This document shows positions 28,400 to 40,720 of a stretch of DNA of 64,000 bases, one piece after another. How positions within the stretch are numbered: position 1 is the stretch's first letter; each line of letters begins with the position of its first letter. The notes under the pieces were generated by a model that saw nothing but the letters and a program-made list of their open reading frames with translations, made no database searches and was not told the DNA's origin. Source of the DNA: Macrostomum lignano (Eukaryota); contig NIVC01000263.1 of the NCBI GenBank assembly GCA_002269645.1, forward strand, positions 186,001 through 250,000. Reading direction: 5' to 3'. The translations under genes and the position numbers were made by a program.

Positions 28400-31135
28400 C
28401 AGCAGCACAGGCGCAACCCTTCTAGCGGGCTGACGGGAAGCCAGCAGGCCCGCCTGTCCAGTCTGGCCAGAGACCTGGCCTGCATGAACGGCCTGCTACT
28501 AAAAGACAATCCGGCATCCTCCTCGTCTGGTTCCGCCGCCCCCGACCGCTGCATGATGGCGCCAATCACCCTGGTGCCGTCCTCCTTCTCCAAGGAGGCG
28601 TTCAACCAAGCAGTTGAGCTGCAGGCCCTGTTCAACTCGCTGTACCACCGGGTGTCCCGGGATCACAACTTCCTGTGCCGGGTGATCCCACCTGCGGCCG
28701 AGTCGGACTCGTTCCTGTCCGCCCTGTGGGACATGTACCAAACTGTCCGGCAGTCTGGCGCTGACCAGCCAATCACTTTGGCTTTGAATCGAGCCGACTA
28801 TATGCTGGATGAAGAGGCCGGGCTTAAACAGGTGCGAGGGTGGTTGAGGGGGTTGGGGTTGCATTGGCATACAAAGTCTGTAGGAAATAAAATATTTGGG
28901 ATAATGTAACTCTGCAGTTTTTACCTATCGTAGCATTTTCTGGTGGCTCCAGGAAAATATTTTAAAGCTCTAAAAATCTTCAAGGTAAGATTTTTAAGCT
29001 AAGATAATCTTTAAAGTGAAATTTTGAAGCCTAGAAAATCTTCAAGGTCAGACTTTAAAGCCTAGAAAATCTTCAAGGTCAGACTTTGAAGCCTAGAAAA
29101 TCTTCAAGGTCAGACTTTGAAGCCTAGAAAATCTTCAAGGTCAGACTTTGAAGCCTAGAAAATCTTCAAGGTCAGACTTTGAAGCCTAGAAAATCTTCAA
29201 GGTCAGACTTTAAAGCCTAGAAAATCTTCAAGGTCAGACTTTGAAGCCTAGAAAATCTTCAAGGTCAGACTTTGAAGCCTAGAAAATCTTCAAGGTCAGA
29301 CTTTGAAGCCTAGAAAATCTTCAAGGTCAGATTTTGAAGCCCAGAAAATCTTCAAGGTCAGACTTTGAAGCCTAGAAAATCTTCAAGGTCAGACTTTGAA
29401 GCTCCAAATATCTCTTAAAGGTGAGATTTTGAATCTCAGAAAGTCTGCAGGGTGAGATTTTGAATTTGGAAGCAATGGATCTGGCATCTCTCCTTTCAAA
29501 ACAATCGCAGGTGGAAATCAACCTGATGGCATCCAGCTTCGGCGGCCTGGCCCAGCGCCTGTCGACTGTGCACCGCCAGGTGATGTCGGCCGCCGGTGTC
29601 AGCGAGCGCCAGCTGGCCCACCGGTTGCCCGACAACCGGCCAGCCGAGACCTTCGGCGAAGCCTTCATCCAGGCCTTCAAGCTGTACGGCCGGCCGGAAG
29701 CCGCCATCCTGTTCGTAGTGTCGCCAGACGAGCGAAATATTTTCGACCAGCGAACACTGGAAGCCGAAATCTACGCCGCCGACGCGTCGTCAGATTCGCC
29801 AGTTCACGTGCCGCAGATTCTGCGTCGGAGCTTCGACCAGATTGCCAGCTCGGCCCGACTGGAGGAGAGCTCCGGCCGGCTGTACCTGGCTGACCAGGAG
29901 GTGGCCATTGTGTACTACCGGCACGGCTACTCGCCCGATCACTTCTCCGACCCGGCCGGCGTGGCCTGGAGCGCCAAGCTGCTGATGGAGCGATCGCGGG
30001 CCATCAAGTGTCCGAGCCTGGCCTACATGCTGGCCAACACCAAGGCTGTACAGGCGGCGCTCTGCGAACCCGGCGCCGTGGCGCGCTATCTGCCGGGGAA
30101 GAGCGCCAAAGTTGAGGCCACGTTTGTTGATCAATGCGTGCTGAGCGACTCGAGGTGAGCTCAGGTTTTAGGTTTAGTTTTTAGGTTTTGGGTTTAGTTT
30201 TCAGGTTTTTAATTTAGTTTTCAGGTTTTGGGTTTAGTTTTCAGGTTTTGGGTTTAGTTTTCAGGTTTTGGATTTAGTTTTTAGGTTTTGGGTTTAGTTT
30301 TCAGGTTTTTAATTTAGTTTTCAGGTTTTGAATTTAGCTTCGGTTTCGGTTTTTGGTTTATTTTGAGTTTTGAATTTATTTTGGTATATCGTGTTATTTT
30401 TCAGTTTCAGTTTTGGGTTTAGTTTCAGTTTCGGTTTCGGGTTTAGTTTCACTTTCGGTTTCAGATTTAGTTTTAGTTTCGGTTTCCGGTTTACATGTAG
30501 TTTCATGCAGTTTCGGTTTCGGGTTTGGTTTTAGTTTCGGGTTTAGTTTCAGTTTCGGTTTCGGGTTTACATGTAGTTTGAGTTTCGGTTTTGGCTTTAG
30601 TTTGAGATTCGGTTTCGGTTTCGTTTGTATCTTCGATTTGAATTTGGTTCATCGTTTCGGTTTCAGTTTCAGTTTGAGCTGCAGCTAATTCTGCTGCATA
30701 TTCCTCCGCACAGCATGCATTTCATTCGATGCCCGCAGAGCGCACCGCTGGCTGCTGGCCGACCCCGAAGACTTCGTACTGAAGCCGCAGCGAGAAGGCG
30801 GCGGCAACAATATCTACGGCCGCGACGTGGTGGACTTCGCCAGCCGCCTGACAACCCGACAGTCGGCCGCGTACATCCTGATGCGGCGCATCCGGCCTCA
30901 GCAGCAGGTGTCGCTGATGCTCAAAGCTGATCAGCGGCTGTCCCGCCGGCCGGAGATGCCGCTGTGCGTGTCTGCGATCTCCGAGCTGGGCATCTACGGC
31001 GCTCTGGTGGCTAAGAACAACTCTGAGCGATTGAACTGCTCGGCTGGTCACGTGTTGAGAACGAAATCAGCGTTCACGGACGAGGGCGGGGTTGCCACGG
31101 GCTTCTCCTGCATAGATACTGTCTACCTGGTCTGA
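28400..31135 (+). CDS. GSS: Eukaryotic glutathione synthetase; exons 28400-28831, 29511-30154, 30739-31135 (start uncertain)
   Basis: APITLVPS, LALNRADYM, LKQ|VEINLMASSFGGL, RNIFDQR, YYRHGYSP, ERSRAIKCP, FVLKPQREGGGNNIYG, AYILMRRI, SELGIYG, GHVLRTK and EGGVATGFSCIDT. Exons total 1473 nt and are in frame. Confidence 0.95.
28960..29405. repeat. 31-bp minisatellite in GSS intron 1
   Basis: GCCTAGAAAATCTTCAAGGTCAGACTTTGAA. Confidence 0.95.
30160..30678. repeat. T/G-rich 20-bp then TTTCGG-type repeats in GSS intron 2
   Basis: GGTTTAGTTTTCAGGTTTTG grading into TTTCGGTTTC. Confidence 0.9.
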
Positions 31136-31244
31136 GCTCTGGGACAGTTGCACTGATATTTGTTTGAATATTTCCTCTTTTTTATTGAGTTAACATCGTC
31201 TGACACTTGTTCCGCGTATCAAAGCTGAAAGACTGAAACGAGAG

Positions 31245-32142
31245 AATCCGAACCTGAACCCTAGCACCTGAGGAATCCGACCCTGAACTAAAACCTGAAC
31301 CCTAGCACCTGAGGAATCCGACCCTGAACTAAAAACTGAACCCTAGCACCTGAGAATTTGACCCTGAACTAAAACCTGAACCCTAGCACCTGAGGATTCT
31401 GACCCTGAACCCTAGCACCTGAGGATTCTGGCCCTGAACCCTAGCACCTGAGGATTCTGACCCTGAACCCTAGCACCTGAGGAATTCGACCCTGTACTAA
31501 AACCTGAACCCTAGCAACTGAGGAATTCGACCCTGAACTAAAACCTGAACCCTAGCACCTGAGGAATTCGACCCTGAACTAAAACCTGAACCCTAGCACC
31601 TGAGGAATTCGACCCTGAACTAAAACCTGAACCCTAGCACCTGAGAATTTGACCCTGAACTAAAACCTGAACCCTAGCACCTGAGGATTCTGACCCTGAA
31701 CCCTAGCACCTGAGAATTTGACCCTGAACCCCAACATCTGAGGATCTGACCCTGAACTAAAACCTGAACCCTAGCACCTGAGGAATCTGACCCTGAACTA
31801 AAACCTGAACCCTAGCACCTGAGGAATCCGACCCTGAACTAAAACCTGAACCCTAGCACCTGAGAATCTGACCCTGAACCCTAGCACCTGAGGAATTTGA
31901 CTCTGAACCCCTACATCTGAGGATTTGACCCTGAACTAAAACCTGAACCCCAACACCTGAGAATCCGGCACTGAACCCCAACACCTGAGAATCCGGCACT
32001 GAACCCCAACACCTGAGAATCCGGCCCTGAACCCCAACATCTGAGAATCCGGCCCTGAACCCCAACACCTGAGAATCCGGCCCTGAACCCCAACACCTGA
32101 GAATCCGGCCCTGAACCCCAACACCTGAGAATCCGGCCCTAT
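31245..32142. repeat. Compound minisatellite between GSS and LPCAT
   Basis: CCCTGAACTAAAACCTGAACCCTAGCACCTGAGGAAT grading into GAGAATCCGGCCCTGAACCCCAACACCT. Confidence 0.93.
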
Positions 32143-32893
32143 CTCACTGGATAGATAGAATTGTGTAATCTGGCCAAGTGTGCCAGATACTGTAGAGTAG
32201 CAGCACAGTTTGTGTGCTTACCTGTAATTTTTTAATATATTTTCCAGATTGCAATGCAGCACCTCTATGTATTGATGCGTAGATTTTCTATAATGCAATA
32301 AATCCTGAATTAATTTTCTGAGTTCGAACCCGGGACCTCTTGTGTGTCCCGCAATTGTTTTTTCTATTTGAACTTCAGTTTAGCAATTCCCGACTGTTGG
32401 AGAATTGGCAAGTTAAAACAAAAATTTAAGCTAAATCACGGCTAATCTATAAACCTATATAGATATATTATGTATTATAATTTACTATCAATTGCATATT
32501 ATTATTCTATGTTATCTGTGGTGCTATCCAGCGCTGATACAAATGCCTTAATTTTATTTATAAAAACCTTTTTGTATTTTCCTTCGTTATTCGTCTGAAT
32601 TTATTCTATCTTAAACACTCCGCTGGCACTTAATCTGAATTTACCTGTGCGTAACTTTTGTTCACTTCTTTTTTATCCCAAGGCGACAGTAATAATGCAA
32701 CCTGAAAATTGCGTGTTGCAATGCTGACGTTTTCTTTGCAAATATATAAGATAACTGCGGATATTAATGTAGCCTCTATAACCAAAGGCTACATCATTTT
32801 ATGATTGATAAATCATTGAAATTACCATATTTCACCGATTGTTTCAGCAATTCAGACTACTGATATTACTTTAGTAGTCAATTGAAATTATCA

Positions 32894-33300
32894 CCCCACC
32901 TCTCCAACGTACACTCCACTCCCGACCAACCCCACTCCCCAATGTACACTCCACTCCAGACCAAATCCACCTTCCCAATGCACACTCCACTCCCGACCAA
33001 CCCCACCCCCAATGTACACTCGCTCCCGACGAACTCACCTCCCCAATGTACACTCCATTCCCGACCAACCCCACCTCCCTAATGTACACTCCACTCCAGA
33101 CCAAATCCACCTCTCCAATGTACACTCCACTCCAGGCCAAATCCACCTCTCCAATGTACACTCCACTCCCGACCAACCCTACTCCCCAATGTACACTCCA
33201 CTCCAGACCAACCCCACCTCCCCAATGTACACTCCATTCCAGACCAAACCCACCTCCCCAATTTACACTCCACTCCCTACCAACCCCACCTCCCCAATGT
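32894..33300 (+). repeat. 36-bp minisatellite upstream of LPCAT exon 1
   Basis: CCAATGTACACTCCACTCCCGACCAACCCCACCTCC. Confidence 0.93.
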
Positions 33301-33452
33301 AAATTCCACTCAGATAACCCTCATTCTAATGTAAAAAGCTGCAGTACTGGACCAGACAAAATCGATTTAAAATATTGTTAGAGAATAATCGTGCTAGACT
33401 ACTCGCATCAGCCACAACAATCTCTGTTGACGCCGCCGCCGCCGTCTTTCAG

Positions 33453-36400
33453 GGGCAGCCGTCGTCCAGCGGTGACTCGGCCGTCACGGCAGACACGGCC
33501 GACGCCTGCGTCTGCTCGCTGCCTCTGCCGCCTCGGCCGTTCAATCCGTTTTACCATCGGGCGGGCTTCTTCTGGTACCACTATCTGACTGTGCCCCTGC
33601 TCGGCTTGCTGCTGTTCCCCGTGCGGCTGCTTCTGCTGATCCTGTCGCTGGCCTTGGCTTTCCTGGTGTCTTTTGTCACCCAGATTGGGGCAAAGCCACC
33701 GCGCCTCTGTCTCCTTGGCGGAGGTGAGGTTTTTGGGGGTGGCCGCAGCAGCCTGGGCCCAGAAAAACCGTGCTTCGAGTTCAATTCTTTGTTATCCGAC
33801 GTGAGCAGAAGGTGCAGGCAGGATGGACACAAAATCCTACCTGTTACATGGAGTGTACATTGAGGAGGTGGGGTTGGTCGGGAGTGGAGTGTACATTGGG
33901 GAGGTGGGGTTGGTCGGGAGTGGAGTGTACATTCGGGAGGTGGGGTTGGTTTGGAGTGGAATGTACATTGGGGAGGTGGGGTTGGTCGGGAATGGAGTGT
34001 ACATTGGGGAGGTGGGGTTGGTCGGGAGTGGAGTGTACATTGGGGAGGTGGGGTTGGTCGGGAGTGGAGTGTACATTGGGGAGGTGGGGTTGGTCGGGAG
34101 TGGAGTGTACATTCGGGAGGTGGGGTTGGTTTGGAGTGGAGTGTACATTGGGGAGGTGGGGTTGGTCGGGAGTGGAGTGTACATTGGGGAGGTGGGGTTG
34201 GTCGGGAGTGGAGTGTACATTCGGGAGGTGGGGTTGGTTTGGAGTGGAATGTACATTGGGGAAGCGGGGTTGGTCGGGAATGGAGTGTACATTGGGGAGG
34301 TCGCTGGAGCTTTGCACAGCTTTGCATAAAAATGCACATTGCAAAGGCTGCTACCTACAGGAAAAAAGAGTACCTTTACACCCCAATATCCAGCTGGGTG
34401 GCGGATCACCTGCTGCTCAACATCGGCCGCATGGGGGCGTTCGTGGGCGGCTACCAGCGAATTCACCTGAAAGGCCGGCGCGCCAGCGTCCGCGAGGCGC
34501 CTCTGCTGGTGGCGGCGCCGCACACCTCCCTGACTGACACGGTGGTGTTCTTCTGCCAGCGCCCGATGCTCGCTCCGGTGACCAAGGCGCCGAAGAATTT
34601 CTTTTATAATGGTGTGCTTATTAATAGTTTTTGCAAGCACGTCCCTATTAGTCACTGTAAACAGTCTTAAATAGGGTCTTTCAACAACACCTCCAGGCAG
34701 TTCACAGCCCCAATAGCCGGCAGTTCACAGCCCCCAATACCTGGCAGTTCACAGCCCCCAATACCTGGCAGTTCACAGCCCCCAATAGCCGGCAGTTCAC
34801 AGCCCCCCATACCTGGCAGTTCACAGCCCCCAATAGCCGGCAGTTCACAGCCCCCCATACCTGGCAGTTCACAGCCCCCAATAGCCGGCAGTTCACAGCC
34901 CCCAATAGCCGGCAGTTCACAGCCCCCAATAGCCGGCAGTTCACAGCCCCCAATAGCCGGCAGTTCACAGCCCCCAATAGCCGGCAGTTCACAGCCCCCA
35001 ATAGCCGGCAGTTCACAGCCCAATACCCGGCAGTTCACAGCCCCCAATAGCCGGCAGTTCACAGCCCCCAATACCCGGAAGTTCACAGCCCAATATCCGG
35101 CAGTTCACAGCTCCCAATAGCCGGCAGTTCACAGCCCAATACCTGGCAGTTCACAGCCCCCAATACCCGGCAGTTCACAGCCCCCAATACCCGGCAGTTC
35201 ACAGCTCCCAATAGCCGGCAGTTCACAGCCCCCAATACCCGGCAGTTCACAGCCCCCAATAGCCGGCAGTTCACAGTCCCCAATACCCGGCAGTTCACAG
35301 CCCCCAATACGCGGCAGTTCACAGCCCAATATCCGGCAGTTCACAGCCCCCAATACCCGGCAGTTCACAGCCCCCAATAGCCGGCAGTACACAGCCCCCA
35401 CTTGCCCTGTCCCGCAGTGATGGTGCCAGCAGGCGAGGCGGTGGTGGTGTACCGGGACAATCGCCGGATGCGCGCCAAAGCGGCCGAGGAAATTGTAGAC
35501 AGGGCGCGCAGCTGCCTGAATGGCGGAGGCTTCCGCCAGCTGCTGGTCTTCCCCGAAGGCACGTGCACCAATGGCGGGGCGCTGATCGGCTTCCGTCTGG
35601 GCGCCTTCGCTCCCGGCGTCCCGGTGCAGCCGGTGCTGGTGCGGCATCGGGATCCCCTGCAGCTGCAGTGCTGGGCTGTTGACGGGCCCTCCATGTGAGT
35701 AGTAGATCGGGGGGGGATATTTATCCCATCGTAAGCCATCATATCCCAATTAAAATGATATCATATCCCGTTATTTGCAGGTTCCATATGATCTTCAGGT
35801 GCGGCTCTCGGGTTTACTCTGAGCTGCACGTTGAGGTTTGTACCGGTATAGACACAGTAATTCGCAACAGTGCAGGTAGCTTAATCTTAATAGCTTAATA
35901 CTAAATGTTCATAAACCCACATCTGAGAACCGGTCCTGAACCCACACCTGAGAACCGGTCCTGAACCCACTCCTGAGAACCGGTCCTGAACCCACACCTG
36001 AGAACCGGTCCTGAACCCACACCTGAGAACCGGTCCTGAACCCACACCTGAGAACCGGTCCTGAACCCACACCTGAGAACCGGTCCTGAACCCACTCCTG
36101 AGAACCGGTCCTGAACCCACACCTGAGAACCGGTCCTGAACCCACACCTGAGAACCGGTCCTGAACCCACACCTGAGAACCGGTCCTGAACCCACACCTG
36201 AGAACCGGTCCTGAACCCACACCTGAGAACCGGTCCTGAACCCACACCTGGAATTCCACCCTTAACCAAACTTGAAACCCGTTTTGTAATGAGGCTTTCC
36301 TGTCCCCAATCTTCATTCCCAATCAACCTGCCGCTGCAGTTCTTACCTGTGTATCATCCGTCGGCTGAAGAGCGCGCCAATCCACAGCTTTACGCCAACA

Positions 36401-36911
36401 ATGTCCGCGATCTCCTGGCTAGGTAAAGAATTTTAAAGACATTGGATGTACTCATTTGCCGTCTTTAATAGTAGTATATTCAGTGAAGTCCCTCATTTTT
36501 AACCCGCGACGCCCACCCCATCCTCCGCGCTCGCTGATTGGCTGTTGTCCTCTCTCATAACGAATCTCCAGGCACGCCGGCCTGCCAGTGAGCGACCATT
36601 CCTACACGGACGTCCTGCTGTTCAAAGCGGCTCGCCGTCGCGGCCTCCGCCACCTCGGCTTCCCGCTGAGCGGTCTGCGTCGCCTGTTCCGACGCCTGCT
36701 ACCAGCCTCAGCGTCTGCAGGCGACCAGAATGACTGCGGCGAAGACAAAGACGGTGGGTACGACCAGGCAGTGCAGCTGTTGAACCGACTGACGCCTGGG
36801 CCGCCCAAGCTGCTGTGTCCGCACGAGCTGGCAGCGGAGGCCGCCCTGCCCGGGCCGCTGGAGTCCTGGATGCGACTCGTGTTTGACATCTTCGACTGGG
36901 TGCGGTTCTGC

Positions 36912-36944
<33 letters not shown>

Positions 36945-37498
36945 GACAGTCATCCCCGCTCTGTTTCAGTCAGGCAGCGGCCGCATCGACCCCCGCTGGC
37001 TGCACATCGCAGCCGCTCTGCTTTGCTGCCCAGACGGTGCCGAAGCAATCCTGGGAGACGCCATGATGGTGAGGATCCCCCAGCCTTGGATTCCGCCCAT
37101 TTGCACTTGCAGACTCGTATCTGATACACAGAAACCAACACTCCTATTCCTAACAGCGCATGTCAAGCAGATCCGACGGCGACTCCCTGATCGATGCCGT
37201 CGCCATGGAAACCGCTTTGCACGGCCTGGTAGGCATGACGCCAGAGTTGAGCCGCGCCGTCATGGCCGCCGCCCCCAGCACGGTGAACTCCGAGGCGGCC
37301 ACGGCTGGTGAGTTGAGGCCTTTTTTACCAGTGACGATTTCTTAGACTCTACTGTTAGTAGTAGCGAGAGGAAAAATCGGCATAATAAATGCAAAAAATC
37401 AAATTTCAGAATCCTGCGCGAGTCACGCGATGCAGTTCAAATCGGTGCGAAATCTCCTGAAGCTGAACAGCGAATTGGCGGCGATTTTTGTCGGCTAG
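33453..37498 (+). CDS. LPCAT: Lysophosphatidylcholine acyltransferase (LPCAT1/2-like, with EF-hand); exons 33453-33811, 34361-34611, 35418-35694, 35781-35835, 36340-36422, 36572-36899, 36970-37068, 37157-37307, 37410-37498
   Basis: N-terminal NPFYH plus TM segment LFPVRLL, HX4D motif [30 protein letters not shown]|[23 protein letters not shown] and EF-hand-like FDIFDW|SGSGRID. Exons total 1692 nt in frame. The exon 1 donor (33812) was chosen on phase and is the least certain junction. Confidence 0.85.
33849..34300 (-). repeat. Same 36-bp minisatellite, inverted, in LPCAT intron 1
   Basis: GGAGTGTACATTGGGGAGGTGGGGTTGGTCGGGAGT, the reverse complement of the 32894-33300 unit. Confidence 0.95.
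34690..35398. repeat. 24-bp minisatellite in LPCAT intron 2
   Basis: GCCGGCAGTTCACAGCCCCCAATA. Confidence 0.95.
35915..36250. repeat. 25-bp minisatellite in LPCAT intron 4
   Basis: GAGAACCGGTCCTGAACCCACACCT. Confidence 0.95.
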
Positions 37499-38315
37499 CG
37501 GGAAGTTTTTGGCTCGGACTTTTTTAATTGATTGTTTTTTCGATTTTTTTATTTTATTCGGCGACAACGAGCAAAGACTTAAAGACTTTTATTTTGTAGG
37601 TGCTAAAAACTGTTACATTATCCATTCGGTTTATTTATACACATGGAATTTTTATCCAATATTGCTTCCACTAAAAATATTACTTATATATACGGTGCCT
37701 TCCTTAGAAATATGTTCTTCCAATATCTTTAATATCTTCCAACTTTTGTGTGTTAAGCAGAGCATGTCAGATTTATTTCCGATCAAATGATGCTCATATT
37801 AATTTTTTAATTTTTTTACCATTTTTGTACAACGAATATATCCGATCCGTCGCCTATATACCAAAAATTCCAAAAAACAGTTAAAGACCTCACGTCTTCT
37901 TCATTTTACTGTAGAAACAAACTGCACTACTTATTCATTGAGTGGTATATGCGCGGTTTCTTCAAATTGTCGAATCATAAATCATAAGTTTAATTGCAGC
38001 AGTTTTGTAATGTCAATGTATTGTATTTTTTATTGTATACTAAAGCGTATACTTTTATTAAATCGAGTAAATGCATCAATCAACATTTTATACTAAAAAA
38101 TTACAATACGTAAATAAAACTAAAATTTGTAATGAGCTTTTGCAGATATACCGGTAAAATCTGTAGAACGGAGTGGGGTGGCTATATGGGGCGATCTGAT
38201 TGGCTGCCGGAGCAGAATGGAGTGGGGTGGCTACATGGGGCGATCTGATTGGCTGCTGGAGCAGAATGGAGTGGGGTGGGTAAAATAATAGTTAAGTATA
38301 AATGTCTGACAACTT

Positions 38316-39506
38316 TTATCGTTTTGTTAACCACGGTGCAACTGAGGCGAACCACTTGGCCACCTTAGCGCCGCCGTAGCGCACGGACTTGAGCACACCA
38401 GCTGTGACGGCGCTCTTCGCCGTTTGGCCGAGGCTGGACCTGGACACGATACGACGAAGTCGACTCCGTAGAATTTTGGCGATGTCACGCGCGCTGGCGC
38501 CGGATTGCAGTGGCGCAGTGAGCTCCGAGGCCAGCGGAGCCGGCAGGCAGGCAATAAGCTCGGCCAGCTGGTCGGGTTCGGCCGTCCAAGTGATGACGTC
38601 ATCGTTGGAATCAGCGGAGTCTTGTTGCTGCCAGGTAAGAAAAGGCAGTCGTTTAGCGGCCAGCGGACGGTAGATGTCTGTCAGCAGCGGCGCCTGCGGC
38701 ACGGCGATGTTCTGGACCTGAGAATTGTATTCGTGAGACCGACAACTAACAAGTAGTAAGAAAAAAGCATATCACTCCGCTCCATTAATTAATTTACTAG
38801 CTGGTAAACTCTACACAAAAGTTGCTACGGCAATTTTTTAGATAACTGCCCGTTTCAAAGAAAAGGTGTCAAAAATATTTGAACCAGAAAACCATCGCAC
38901 CTTGCCGGAGTCCTCAGCAAAGGCCATCCGAACGTCGCCACCGTAGCTGAGCCCGCAGACGGCCGCCAGCAGGCGTCGTCGATCAACCCGACTGTCCGGC
39001 AGCAAAGTCAGCAGACCCGCGGCGAGTGCCGCCGTCCGGTTGGCATCCAAAGCTTCAGATAATCTCGGACAGTCTTGGCCAGTACTGTCCGGCTCAACAA
39101 CCCAGGCAACGGGCTTGTGCAGCCGGCCGGCTAGGTACAGCCAGCGCCACTCGGTCAGATCAGCCAGCAGAGAGTCGACGCTGACCACGCCGTACTTCAC
39201 TGTCCGGCCCTCGGCCGCGGGCACCAGCGTATTGAAATAAACACCGGCTCCGAGACCCTCCTGTATGCGGGCGACCGCGCCAGCACCCAGACTGCCCAAG
39301 CCGGAATAGTGCGACCGGTGTCTGGCCAGGTTGGCCTCGTGCCAAGCTCGACTGTCCGGCACCACGAACACTAGGTCTAGCATGCCACTGCCGCGGACCC
39401 GGCCAGACTGTTCAAACACCGCCGAACCGTAGGCGAAGCAGGCGCTCATTGGCTGAGGAAAAGAGCCGACTATGCGCCGGAGTAGCCGCAGCGTCGGCTC
39501 GCTCAT
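38316..39506 (-). CDS. TAMM41: Mitochondrial phosphatidate cytidylyltransferase Tam41; exons 38901-39506, 38316-38717
   Basis: FAYGSAVF, MLDLVF, GVYFNT, KYGVV, LYLAGRLHKPV, LSYGGDVRM..ED..K|VQNI and C-terminal QTAKSAVTAGVLKSVRYGGAK. 335 aa, phase-0 intron. Confidence 0.92.
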
Positions 39507-39544
39507 TCGGGCCGCTGAAGAGTGGAAGAGTGAAATGTGTGGTG

Positions 39545-39725
39545 GCCGGGTCGGCTGATAGTGGAGTGGGGTGGATGGACGGGTTCGCTGATTGGCTGAT
39601 AGTGGAGTAGGGTGGATGGACGGGTTTCCTGATTGGCTGATAGTGGAGTGGGGTGGATGGACGGGTTCGCTGATTGGCTGATAGTGAAGTGGGGTGAATG
39701 TAGGGGTTTGTTGACTAGCTGATAG
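39545..39725. repeat. 41-bp minisatellite just upstream of TAM41
   Basis: CTGATTGGCTGATAGTGGAGTGGGGTGGATGGACGGGTTCG, ~4 copies. Confidence 0.85.
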
Positions 39726-40410
39726 TGGAAGCAATAGGTAAAAAGTTATTTGATTGATGAATACTGAAGTTTAGTAGCTGGTTTAGCTTCAACTAGTTGT
39801 CAGTTTCAGGGCAGAAAACGGCTCTTTATTACTGGCAACTGACAATTTGCCAGTAATTGATGATAGTAAGTAGCAGTGAAAACTCTGCTGACAAATATAT
39901 TTTAGTTCAACTGTAAACAATAACAACTTTTTTGCTTTACGTTTAAAAGAAATAACAAATAAGACAGAAATTAAAACAAAAAGAATTGATATATGACGGA
40001 TAAAGCAAGGCGGCTCAAGTCGCTCCTTCATGCAGAAGCATGTTCGATTTTATTGTCAAAGAAGCCGCATTTATTCTTTTAAAATTCACTTGCTTTATGA
40101 CAAAAAATCAAATAGTCTCTTTAAATGCATCGAAAATTCCCTCGCGTATTAACGTTCCTCGCGACGTTGCTAATTATAAAAATTGCTACAATAGAGACGC
40201 CGCGGCACATGCATTTAAAGGTACTTCAGATCAAGATGGGCTGCAGCAACAAGAGAGCGCTTTGCTAAGTGTCGATAATGGCGAGCTTAGAAGATAAAAA
40301 AGGAAATTGAGTAAAGACAGTAGATGGATGAGCAGTCACATACAGATTTCACCGCAAACTACACCACATCAAAATCATCATTTAAACAAGAATTGAAGCT
40401 ACCCAACAGG

Positions 40411-40540
40411 GGTTTACTCCCTATTCACCACGAATCCCGATTTGCCGCACTTCCCACCTCGCCGAAGCCGCTCCTTTGCTGGGGAATTCGGCGAAGAGGG
40501 GATTTCGGCAAATCGGGATTCGGTGAATAGGGAGTAAACC
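40411..40540. mobile_element. Palindromic MITE, 130 bp, 8-bp TSD
   Basis: Arms of ~35 bp: GGTTTACTCCCTATTCACC(AC)GAATCCCGATTTGCCG / CGGCAAATCGGGATTCGGTGAATAGGGAGTAAACC. Flanked by CCAACAGG at 40403-40410 and 40541-40548. Confidence 0.8.
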
Positions 40541-40612
40541 CCAACAGGTAAGATAGATGTAATCATAAAGCGAATGTGAATAATAAAATTTGAAACCGAA
40601 TAAATAATAAGA

Positions 40613-40720
40613 GGTTTACTCCCGATTCGCCGAATTCAAAGTTCTATAGCTATTAGTTAGCAATTTCAGCATTAGCCAGGACTTCGTATGTTGTGCAAAT
40701 CAGCAAATCGGGAGTAAACC
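40613..40720. mobile_element. Second MITE of the same GGTTTACTCCC-TIR family
   Basis: TIR GGTTTACTCCCGATTCGC / GCAAATCGGGAGTAAACC. TAAGA on both flanks. Confidence 0.65.

Noticed and set aside
31245-31900. AACCCT-containing units resembling telomeric repeats
   Set aside because: AACCCTAG is embedded in a longer complex unit and is not (TTAGGG)n.
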